DNA of 64,000 nucleotides from Octopus sinensis (Eukaryota), in assembly GCF_006345805.1 (NCBI RefSeq), contig NC_043003.1:94426001-94490000 (forward strand), given 5' to 3'. Positions within the stretch are counted from its first letter, which is position 1. Every line of letters begins with the position of its first letter. The position numbers and the translations under genes were made by a program. Under the pieces are notes generated by a model. The model saw nothing but the letters and a program-made list of their open reading frames with translations, was not told where the DNA came from and made no database searches. Positions 52,991 through 64,000 of the stretch are shown piece by piece.

Positions 52991-53294
52991 TAATTCGAGA
53001 CAAAACCACTATTTTAAAACCAAACAAGGAAAGACTTAATCAATACATAAAATTTTAATATAAATTAAATAAACCGCCACTACAAATGTTTCATGTCTGC
53101 TCCGACAATCTTCAGGTGGATTTTCGATTCACTTCAAAATTTGATACTGATTAGAAGATCGAAAATCCACCTGAAGATTGTCGGAGCAGACATGAAACAT
53201 TTGTAGTGGCGGTTTATTTAATTTATATTAAATTTTATGTATTGATTAAGTCTTTCCTTGTTTGGTTTTAAAATAGTGGTTTTGTCTCGAATTA
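52991..53294. repeat. Long palindrome with 138-bp arms, each carrying a hammerhead motif
   Basis: Arms 52991-53128 and 53158-53294 differ by one 1-nt indel; the spacer is 29 nt. Confidence 0.95.
53167..53209 (+). ncRNA. Minimal type-I hammerhead motif (mirror copy at 53077-53119 on the minus strand)
   Basis: CCAC-CTGAAGA-TTGTC-GGAGCA-GACAT-GAAAC-ATTT-GTA-GTGG. Confidence 0.65.
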
Positions 53295-53377
53295 TATTAT
53301 ATAATATTTTACTATAAAATTGGATTTAACCCTAAATCTGATTTTTCCCTGTAATTTTGGATTCATTCCCTAATATT

Positions 53378-53447
<70 letters not shown>

Positions 53448-53777
53448 AAGAGAGAGTACAATATAGAATTGTAAAGTTTAGCAATTCAAATCCTGTGATA
53501 CAACATGAACCAAAAACGAAGAAAGAAAATTTAAATAAGTCTATAGACCCCAAGCCTATAGTTACTTGCACTGTTGGAAAGATATACAGTAATCTTTCAT
53601 ACAAAATTCTCGTTTTATATACATTTGTGAGCGTTTCATTGTCTTTTGTGACGAATATCGAATTCTATAACGCGTATTTCTTTCAATTAGTTATAAGAAT
53701 AGGAGCAATATATGCGTGTTTAGATGGATAGAGAAAGGAGGGAAAGGAAGATAGACATAGACAGACAGACAAACAGG

Positions 53778-53880
<103 letters not shown>

Positions 53881-54104
53881 GTACTGCTAAACAACGGATT
53901 AGATAGGCAAGTTCGGAGATGGTGGATAGATTCTAAGAGAGATCTACTACATATTCATAAATACTAACTGGTACCGTTTCCATGAAGAAGTTTATTCTCC
54001 ACCTTCTTAATATTAAGTGATACACTTAAGCAACAACGTGTCTATAACTCAATATACCTCTTGAAATTATTTATCATTTATTACTTTAATTTATTTTGTT
54101 TCTG

Positions 54105-54530
54105 AAGGCGCGTGGTGTTTAGCACATAATCATAATGTCGTCGGTTCAATTCTTAGATCGTCCCCTTGAGTAAAGAACATCTCATCGCATCGGTCCCGTC
54201 TGCTGAGCTGAAAATGAGTACTAGCCACATGCTACTGGTACAGCTCTCCTTGTAACGATCACATTCTGGATGTGCTACTGGAAAAGTCGAGAGGGTTTCT
54301 ATATCTGCTCGGGCCTACATAGACACCTAAAATAATTAGAGAAAACATGGTGCATGTTACGAAGCCATTCTCGTTAGCGGAAGGCTGACTATTTTTATGT
54401 TTCGTGATAAACCTCGCCGTGGTGAAAAAAAGCCAGTTTCTTGCATTCACTGCGACGCTATCACAATTCCCCGGATAATGAAGACAGTTTGCATCATTCA
54501 TCAGTTGATGTCATTGAGGAAACTGAGAGC
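54105..54530 (+). mobile_element. Old tRNA-derived SINE, family C; second copy at ~58900-59190
   Basis: Degenerate tRNA-like head (ggttcaattc). It shares cacatt/cct...gtgctactgga...gagaggg...cacctaaaa.aattag.gaa.acatggt.catgttac.aagcca with 59040-59165. Confidence 0.65.
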
Positions 54531-56039
54531 ACACAACCGACTTCCTTTTCTTGCAAATCTTGTCTCTAGCTAAACATACCAGTTACACATATTCTACCAG
54601 TAATGCTTTGTAAATACATACATAAAAGGAAAGTAATAACTATGCTCATGGGAAATGGCAATAAATCCGAAATAAAGTAAGGTTTTACATTAAAGAATTA
54701 ATAAAATGGTGAGTTGGTGGAATAGAAATAATTGTCCTTTTGTTTGTTAAAAAAGTAATGAATCCTGTCCACGGAACACGTCGAAGTAACCATTGTTATA
54801 AATTTATATCTCCCAAAGTCGCATGCACTCTGGATTTATAGAAACAGGATTCAAAAGATTTGGAGACAGCAACAATTAACTAATAGATATTTAGTAATCT
54901 ATGCGTGTTGGATTGACTACTGCTGTCAGTTGAAGTACGTTGTACCGATATTTATATAATCTTTTGCGCTTGTACTGAATATAAATTGCTCTGTTATTTA
55001 AACACAAAGAACTCATAACAAATGCATATGGCGAAGCCTGCAGTCGCCTTTAGTCACAACAAAAGACCAGCGAAGAAAAATACATAGAAATACACATATG
55101 AACGTGTACACAAATTTCATTTTAGAATTGGATGATGCTATTGAGCTTGTGTTTCTTTCAATATATCCTAGTAAAATGCAAGCATTTTAATAACTGGTTC
55201 TTGATTTTTGAAGTGATTCATCCGCACATGTCAAGTGACAGCAAGTGGTACTATCTTGACTTCACACACCATAAGGAGTGCTTCTTTGCAACCGTTCTAT
55301 CTGCTAGAAATAACAGACAAGTTCTTACATTTTTTAAAGAATACATTATAAAATATTGTCTTACAATACGTCCAAATAAAAAACAGGATGGTCAAGGCTG
55401 GAATGCTTTTGGCTACATATCTGCTCTATCCGAGCTTACCTGGAGCGAAAGAAACTTCTGCTGAGTCTCATTTGCAACACGGTTTCACTTCGAGTTATAG
55501 CCATATCGCATTACTTATATCTTTAATTCTGTTAAGAATAATAGCTCGATCAAAACAACTTCCCATTTTCTCTACCCTAACACAAGTTCAGTTTTTATAA
55601 CTATCTAAAACTGTAATAGATCCATTTTAGCTCTCATCGACCCTGATAAAAATTATTAAAATGTTTTAAGAAAACAAACGATTTTCAGTGATTTTACACT
55701 GTTTGCTATTTTTGATAGCGTGGTATATGTTCTGGGACCCATAACACATTGTATCTTTGATAATTCATTGAAAGCTCTGATAATGTATCCGATGAATGTC
55801 ATTTATAATAGTTATGGGTTTGGGTTTAATGACAATTTTCTTACTTTCGTTTTCTATATAATTATTTTTCTTTGAGTTAACATTAGTCAGAAAGCTAGTG
55901 CTATTGCTATTCTTATCTCTCTTTACCACATTATTACCGTTCTTTGAGTGAACATTAGTCGGATATTTCTTGATGTATTAGTAATTTCCCTAGATCTGTT
56001 AATCTTGGAAGTCAATTTTGCGTAATTATAGACAAGTAT

Positions 56040-57090
56040 ATAAGTGTTTTCATAATTACGACCCTTCCTTAAAACCTCACTATACTACCATGCATTATCT
56101 TGGAATATTTCTTCGTTGGCTGATAGCTTAGAGAGTCTTATAGATAATTTTTTAAAGTTATTAATTGTAGGTCTAGTCTCGTGAGATAATCTATGGGACT
56201 CGTTTGTCTATCCAAATAGGACATACGTAAAATTAGCAAAAGATATTAAGTAGTAAGGATTTATATCCAACTCACTCTTTGGGATAACACGGGTGAACAT
56301 TTAGAACGGTACAGCCTACATAATAAGCAGCAAACCTTCAGTTCAATAATATATAATTATTACTCTTCTGTTTCACCAAATTTAATTTATAAATGACAAT
56401 CTATGAAAATTAATGATTTTATCCAAGGATGAAATTGATATAATTATATCTACTAGGAACAATTTGATTATACTTGAACAAAAATCATAAAAAGGCGACT
56501 ACAATATTATGTGCCCTTCCTAATCCACACAAACCACAGAGTGATCGGATTGTTTCTACTACATCAACTTGTGGACAAATTCCTAAAGATTAGTGGGGTG
56601 TTCATACCGACTTGATATCTTTTAACTGTTGTTAATTTTAATCCTTCGGTCTAAGAACAACTTCGTAATTATTTATACAATTATTTTTCAAGAATTTTAA
56701 GCATTACATTTCTTTTAATTGAATCCAAATAAAAACAAACTTTCGATGTTACTCTTGACCTCAATATTGCTTTACACTACGTTTCCGTAAACCTAACGAA
56801 AATTTGTATCAGAGGTACAAAAGATTTCAATAGGCATTCTTTGAAGATAATCTATAGTTGCGGTTCCATTAACATGACAATCAGATCGACTAGATCCACC
56901 AGCTGCATCATGCCAGATTACACATGTAGAAATGCAGAGGTTTGTCCATTACATTAGGCGTGTAACGTCCAGTTAATAATGCGTAAAGCTGATGTCATCC
57001 CTAACACGCCAAAGTAAATGAGCGATAAGAAAAGATATATTGCTATCTCCGAACGGGAATTTAAGAAAACATTTTATATCTTAAAACAGT
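56040..57090 (+). mobile_element. Scrambled Penelope-like RT and GIY-YIG relics
   Basis: YDPSL...DNLWDSFV, NF.DVTLDLN...RKPNE and KRYIAISEREFKK motifs, all heavily degraded. Confidence 0.6.
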
Positions 57091-58009
57091 TGGCGACTAT
57101 TTGGAAGTAATTTGGATGCTATTTCTTATAGGTTGTGGGAACGCGTGTGAGCTCCCTCCTTTTATCATATGTAGGTTTGTTGAAGTTCTTTAACCCAAGC
57201 TTAGCCTTCATTAAGTAGATCTACTGGATTGGTTGATATCTGAAGTGTATTGCCTAAAATGTAAGTTAATAACCAATGGAAGCCAATGATTAACAGAGTT
57301 AGTAAGGATCAGTCCCTTTAAAAATCAAAAACAAACCTAAGGTCTGTTGGGTAGCTAGGGTTGATATTAGTTGGCAATCGTTAATTGAAAATACCAAACT
57401 TGAGATATCATAATGGTATCTTAAGAAGACTAATAATGTATTGATTCATTAAAGGAGTTATTTCTTGAAAAGGCAGTCTAAGTTGTGTTGTTGAGCCAGT
57501 AATAATCTGAATCACAAAAGAAACCAACTAAAATATAGCTTTCTACTGGATCCAGCCCCTAAAGCGAAGTAATATTTACGGTTCAGGTAAAACCATCCAT
57601 CGTACCCTGTTCTTTTATATTATCAACTTTTACATTCCTAAACTACTTTTACTTCCCTCTGCCATACTTTTTTTTCTCACTTATCTTGTGTACATCATTC
57701 TCTTCCCAATTTTTCTCACTTTACCTCTTTATCGCTCCATCCCTTTGCCTTTTATCACCTCTTCCTTCTTATTCTGTCTACTTTCTCTTTCGCTCTCGCT
57801 TATTCTACACTTTATGATCGCGTGTTCGTCGTCGATGACATCGTAATTATCATCATCATTGTTTCACCTTCCCCCCTTTCCGGGTTTATTTATTGTCACA
57901 ATGTGCAAACATCATATGATGTCGTGTAACGATACTCAGAATGACGGAGTGCTAAAATAAATACGAACGCCAGTGAGATTTCAGCGTATAACATATAGAA
58001 ACATGAGAA

Positions 58010-58056
<47 letters not shown>

Positions 58057-58058
<2 letters not shown>

Positions 58059-58611
58059 AAATTAAATAAGGGTAGAAATTGATATTAATCAATTAAAACC
58101 AGTGGCCTAGCATATTTTTTTTAAAATCCGAAGATTAAAGATTTTATACATACAAAATTTAGAGGAATGACCACTAATAGTGGACAGCCTGTATGCTAGA
58201 TATAGACGTCAAACTCGTCATTTACCACGAAGAATGTCTTCTCAAGAAAAAATTCAGCAAAAACCAAAGTTTAAAAATAAGACAAATGAAAATATACGAA
58301 AATAAAAAACGATTACTTACGTACTAATTAGTTTCACTTGTTAATATTTACGTATATGTAAACGTCTGCAAGATCGTAAGCGTAGTCTGTCGTTTACGAA
58401 ATACAATTTCTAGAACTAGATACAGGGCGCTCAGCCGAAATCTAGCATGTATAAAGCTCCACAAATCATATTTATGTGTATCTTTCAAATGCCTTCATTT
58501 GGCGCGCTGTGATTGGAAATTACTCTGCTGTTAATAAACTACAGCAGTTAATTTACCGGCTAGATAACATTTTTTTTATTTAAAATTAGATAAGGGTGGA
58601 AATTGATATTA
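58057..58611. mobile_element. Element bounded by a 31-bp direct repeat (pseudo-LTR-like)
   Basis: TAAAATTAAATAAGGGTAGAAATTGATATTA (58057-58087) versus TAAAATTAGATAAGGGTGGAAATTGATATTA (58581-58611). Confidence 0.55.
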
Positions 58612-59356
58612 GCTGTCTTTCCAAACGCACTTCTTGTATATTTTATTACGCCCTTTTTTCTTTTAGAGAACAACTGTTAAAAAACTAAAAGCAGAATCTT
58701 ATTTCATTTGTTTGGAATGTTATGTCATTAGTTTGTATCATGCATAGAGCGAACAATTTCATATCCTCATTGCAGCTCTCATTTAAACAACTTGCTCTAT
58801 CCAGTCAAAGATGTCAAACGCTGGGTCTCAGTCAGGTTAATGCAACAACCAAACCCACTTCATCAAGCAACCCTACTGATTGCTGAAAGCTTGTAATCTA
58901 GTGGTTGGTTCGTGTTAATAAGTAGGAAGTTGTAGGTTCAATTCGTTGAGCAAATTACTTCATATCATGTTGCTCCAGTTTAATTAAATGTAAACGAGTG
59001 CCATCCGAGAGCTGTTGACACTTTCTTCTCCCAGCTGTCACATCCTGAGTGTGCTGCTGGATCGAAGGGTGGGGGAGACGCGAGAGGGACTCTATGTCTG
59101 TTCGTGACTACAAAGTCACCTAAAACAATTAGCGAAGACATGGTACATGTTACCAAGCCATGATCGTTCGCGGGTAGCGGCTAGCTCAAATTGCCTTTTA
59201 TAAGGAGCCAATAAAAGAGTTTCCACATGGCTAATGGACATTATAGGTACAGAAGCTAAATTTCCCTCAAATCATACTCCAGCATCTTTTAAAAAAGACA
59301 AATTGTAAAATCTAGTCTGAGATACTTTACATCTCAAAAATCTATCAATGCTTTAC

Positions 59357-59437
59357 TTATTATCTTGAATCTCTTTTATTTGACTTATAACACCATTTCT
59401 GATTTTCTCAATTCCTTTGATCGCAGCATCAATATGT
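59357..59437 (-). CDS. Candidate internal coding exon (81 nt, phase 2-2): HIDAAIKGIEKIRNGVISQIKEIQDN; product unknown
   Basis: Strong acceptor gcttgttttttccccAG and donor AA|GTAAAG. Only one frame is open, the length is a multiple of 3, the peptide is amphipathic and helical-looking, and the context is non-repetitive. Confidence 0.45.
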
Positions 59438-59764
59438 CTGGGGAAAAAACAAGCTAATGTTTATGAAACGATAGGGAAATGTTGTATTGCTTTTATAACG
59501 TTATTGTTTTGAAAATTACTGAAAATTACGTAGAATAAATGACAAGCTTCTGTGTATCAGACGTCGATGCACTTTTGATTGTAGGCTATGTTTTACGTAT
59601 TTAAATATTTGAATAGAACGTACACGGCAAAAAGATCGGATAGCCACACATAGAAATCATAACAAAACGATGATGAAAGTAAACGCTAACTAACATATTC
59701 AATAAAGAAATATTACTAAGAATGAATGTTCATCTCATCTGAAAATGACATAATAATTGCTTGA

Positions 59765-59975
59765 AATTTGGGTACAAGGCCAGCAATCACAGGAAGAGCG
59801 GATCAGTCGATTACAGCAAACCCAGTATTCAACTGGTAGTTTATTTTATCGACCCATCACCCCCAACCCTTGCCATGGATGAAAAGCAAAGATAACTTCA
59901 GCGGACTTACAATTCAGAACATGAAGATCTTCAAGAAATGCAACTAAGCATTTTGTCCAACTTGCTAATGCTATA
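59765..59975 (-). mobile_element. SINE family B, diverged
   Basis: aaatttgggtacaaggccagcaat...gtcgattacagcaaacccagtattcaactggtag...gatgaaaagcaaag. Confidence 0.75.
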
Positions 59976-60272
59976 CCTTGTTATCGCATGTATATATATA
60001 TATATACAAATATGTGTATATATACATATACACACACATACATACACGCATGCACGCACACATGTGTATAAATGTGTGTGCATGCGCGCACGTGTGTGTG
60101 TGGCAAATGATAGACGGAAGATGGAATATACGAGAATTTATCATCAATCATGACAATTATTTCGACACATCTAGCATCGATTCCTCATGGGTGGGACACT
60201 CAATAACTGGTTCAGGAGCAAATCTGCGAATAGAATTTTTTTTATTTCCTCAAACGCGTTTTGGCATTTAAC

Positions 60273-61890
60273 TTACCAATTCCACTTTACTTCCTTTTTT
60301 AATAAGTCATTCAATGGAGCTCTTAATTTGTGCATGTTAGGAATGTAGTTTTGGTAGTAGTTTGCCAACCCAAGAAATTCTTGTAATGTTGGTACATGTG
60401 TCGGAGCAGGCATATTCTTTATTGCGTCAATTATTTGCCCTAAGTACTTAATTTGAGGCAAAAAGAATTTGCATTTTTCTTCACTCAAAGTGAACCCGTA
60501 CTCTTTAATTTTCTTGAACACAGCTTTTATATGCTCCACATATTGTTCACCGAATTACTTTTAATCAATATATCGTCCAAATAAGGGATTGCAAATTCAC
60601 AATCATGTAACATAGTGTCCATGGTTTGATGAAATATTACCGGTGCAACCTTTAATCCAAAAGGTAACCAGTTATAGCTGTACAATCCTGTATGTTTATT
60701 AATTGTCAGATACTTTGAGCATTTGTCATTTACTTTAATCTGTAAATAAGTGTCAGACAGATCCAATTTGGAGAAAATTTTTTCACCATTTAATTTTGTA
60801 AAAATGTCCTTTGGAGTCTGGAGTGGATGGTAGCATGTCTTTAAGCACTTGTTCAATCCTGTAGAGAAATCGGCTCGCAGCCTAATCTTATTATTTTTCT
60901 TTTTAATGCACACCATGGGCGCCGCCCACTTAGAGTAATCCACCTTTTTGATGATTTCACTCTTTTCCAGTCTGCCCAACTCTTCATTTATGATTTCAAT
61001 TGCCGCGAACGGTATCTTTCTGTTATATTGAAATACAGGCACGGCGTTTTCACTTACTTGAAAGCAGGCTTCAGTCTTTAACAGACCTAAGTCCTCCGAT
61101 AGTACTTGAGGAAACATCTTTTTCAATTTTCTCTTCAATTCCTCAGACGATTTTATTTTTAATGAGACAGCCATTTATGTTTCTGTAGTAGATACTTATA
61201 GGAAGGTGCCTTAAGTCAAATAATTCCAACCTATCTGTACCAATCAGATTGATTCTATTCTCCACAATAAATGTTTTTGCTTCGCGTGTTTCTCTTCAAA
61301 ATGTGACGTCTGTACACATTTCGCGCATGAAATGTAATTTATCGCCCGTCACACCACGCGCAATTTTCGCTGTTTTACGTAACTTCGGTTTCCAGATTTT
61401 TCTCCACGTATCCGCATTTATGATTTAAATATCACTACCCGTATCCAACTGTAGTTTAATATTTACATCATTTATTTTTACGTGTACGAATTTTCTTGTT
61501 TTTGTGTCGCATTCACTTTCTGCTGAAAACACCTTAGAACTTTTTGCGTTCGACCCTCGTAATCTTGTCCTGAAGTGTGAGCTCTTGTGATCAAGTTTCT
61601 GACAACTATAGCATTTTCGGTTTTTAAAATGACACTCTTTCCTGGAGTGTAGGCTTCCACATTTGTAACATTGATTGGGGGCTGGCACTCCTTTTTTGTT
61701 GTACTTTCCGAGTTGACACATCTGTATTTTTCTGGAATCTTTCTCTTGCATTTTTTTCACGTCGTGTTTCAGGTTTACCATTGTTTGACATTCTTCTGCA
61801 ATGGTCTATAGGGTTAAGACTTGGTTCGCTTGCTCCATTTTTGAGAGAATCCTTGCCCGAATTTCTCTATCTTACACGAAGACAAGCGGT
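60273..61890 (-). mobile_element. Ty3/gypsy LTR-retrotransposon internal relic (gag, protease, RT), truncated, with frameshifts
   Basis: Two zinc knuckles CYKCGSLHSRKEC/CYSCQKLDH, protease LQLDTGSDI, RT motifs FSKLDLSDTYLQI, LPFGLKVAPVIF, YLDDILI and FLGLANYY. No LTRs or integrase are seen. Confidence 0.95.
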
Positions 61891-62010
61891 TTAAACATAT
61901 CCTGAGTGAGTTCCTGAAAGTTTAAAGTTTTCATACCTACGGTTGACTACTCTGGTGTATGTAGTAAAGTCTTTTGTTTTCTGTAAATTTTGTTTTCTGT
62001 AAATTTGAAT

Positions 62011-62048
<38 letters not shown>

Positions 62049-62496
62049 TATATATAAATATATAATATACATATGTATACACATGTATTTATATGTGTGC
62101 ATGTGTGCGTGCGTGTGCGTGTGTGTGCATGTGTACGTATGTATGTATGTATATCGTTGTTATATTTGCTTTGCAAGATTCTTGATGTGATTTTGTGCTT
62201 TGAAAGAAATCTTATGTCTTAGGAGAGTCATTATACCAATAATAACACACGGTTTGGTTCAATATCACTTCTCTATATTAGTCAATCGATTAAATATCTA
62301 ACCAACAAACTGATCGATGATTTGTCTAATTTGCTGATTAAATCATGAATCGGTTGTTTGTTAGTCAAAGTTCATACATCGCTAAGCGTGATCTCTTCAG
62401 CGATTTCCACTCTCTCTTCAAGGTCTGCCCTGAGCCTGTCTGAGTATTAGTCTTATGCCTGTGTTATGTATGCCTTCGAAGTTACTTATTTCTTTA

Positions 62497-62718
62497 ATGC
62501 CCACAAGGGGCTAAACAGCGAGGGGACAAACAAGGACAGACAAACGGATTAAGTCGATTACATCGACCCCAGTGCGTAACTGGTACTTAATTCATCGACC
62601 CCGAAAGGAAGAAAGGCAAAGTCGACCTCGGCATAATTTGAACTCAGAACGTAAAGACCGACGAAATATCGCTAAGCATTTCACCCAGCGTGCTAACGTT
62701 TGCTGCCAGTTCGCCACC
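62497..62718 (-). mobile_element. SINE family B, full length
   Basis: Reverse complement of 34292-34520. Confidence 0.9.
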
Positions 62719-63569
62719 TTCGCAGTAACTGTCACCCTGTCATCATTCTTCTTGTAATAATATTGTGTGTGGGGGGGGTGTCTGCCTGTCTGTCTGTCTG
62801 CCTTCTGCCTGCCTGTCTGTGTAACACAAACTCGTTCTTGTAAAACTTACCCGGAGCTGAAATCATATTACATGTATGCCTTTTTCTGACAATTGAAAAC
62901 ATAGTTATAAACGAGAATTGTTTTGGATTTCTGCCTTTTTGACAAGACCCAAGGATGTCAAAGGAAGAAAGAGATAGAATGACACGGCGCTCATTCTTTT
63001 ACCCAAGTAATTATTGACGCCAATGAAATTAACTGGAATGGAACAGCGAAACGAAAGTCTGTTGTAATATTCAACCGCTCAGAAGTTGTCGTTTTTAGTT
63101 TTTTTTTTTCTTTTTTAACATTCATCGCAAGGTGCTTTCCACAGTGTGAAAAATATATTAACATTGGCAATGTCGCTATAATAATTTTACCATAATAAAT
63201 AGAAGAGTTTTGTCATTGAGAGCTGACAAGATTTTCAAAGTGAATTAAGATAAATGCCTGTTTGAAAAGGAAAAACTACGTGACATTTTATTAGTACATA
63301 AAAATGTAACTGACTTTTCATACGGGACTTGACTACTAATGAGATAGCGAAAAAAATTTTTTTTTTTTTATGAAACGAAGTTATTTAACGAATTGAACGA
63401 TGACAGATTTCTTAGATCGAAATAATGGAAAAACAAATGAAGGCCTACACAAACACACACACACGCAGAGATGCGTGCGCATGCGCACATACAGACACAA
63501 ATATATATTGTACATATATATATATATGCATATATTATTATCCATATATACATACATATACATATATAC

Positions 63570-63635
<66 letters not shown>

Positions 63636-64000
63636 ACATATGTACATATGTATATGTATATGTATACGTATATATATACATATCTATATACATGTATATA
63701 CTACATATATATGTACGTGTGTGTGTATGTGCGTGTATATACGTGTGTGTTTATGTGTGCATGTTTCTATAGATATGCCCGCATAAATTTATGTAATACA
63801 TATATATATATATGTGTGTGTGTGTGGTGTGTGTGTGTGTGTGTGGTGTGTGTGTGTAAATGTAATATGTGACAATTATTCTGTAGCCATGATAAAACTC
63901 CGAGTTTTACAGATAAATTCCTCTATTTACATAATATCGAGGTCTCATTCTTTCTTTTGTTGTCTTACTATTTATCAATATATAAATATATAATATATAT

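Noticed and set aside
55132-55600. 110-aa plus-strand ORF and a minus-strand CAG|GTAAGC donor
   Set aside because: No recognisable domain, and the nearest acceptor gives stops in all three frames. Too weak to call.

Overview
AT-rich eukaryotic DNA, saturated with microsatellites and mostly intronic or intergenic. The SINE families and the overall repeat landscape look like those of an octopus genome (inference from recognised repeat families, not a database result). I find no intact multi-exon gene. Almost all ORFs in the supplied track are translations of (TA)n, (CA)n, (TACA)n, (GATA)n or (TTC)n, or are transposon relics. Supported content: many copies of two tRNA-derived SINE families plus older SINEs; decayed RTE, R4-like, CR1/L2 and Penelope-like (PLE) retroelements; a Ty3/gypsy relic; and several Tc1/mariner transposons, one nearly full length. 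One Tc1/mariner copy contains a nested insertion with an exact 8-bp target-site duplication. The most interesting layer is a set of minimal type-I hammerhead ribozyme motifs with palindromic stem III, found in PLE-type terminal repeats next to (TA)n tracts. One of them is duplicated head-to-head in a ~300-bp palindrome. There is one plausible orphan coding exon on the minus strand (59357-59437). Coordinates of decayed repeats are approximate.
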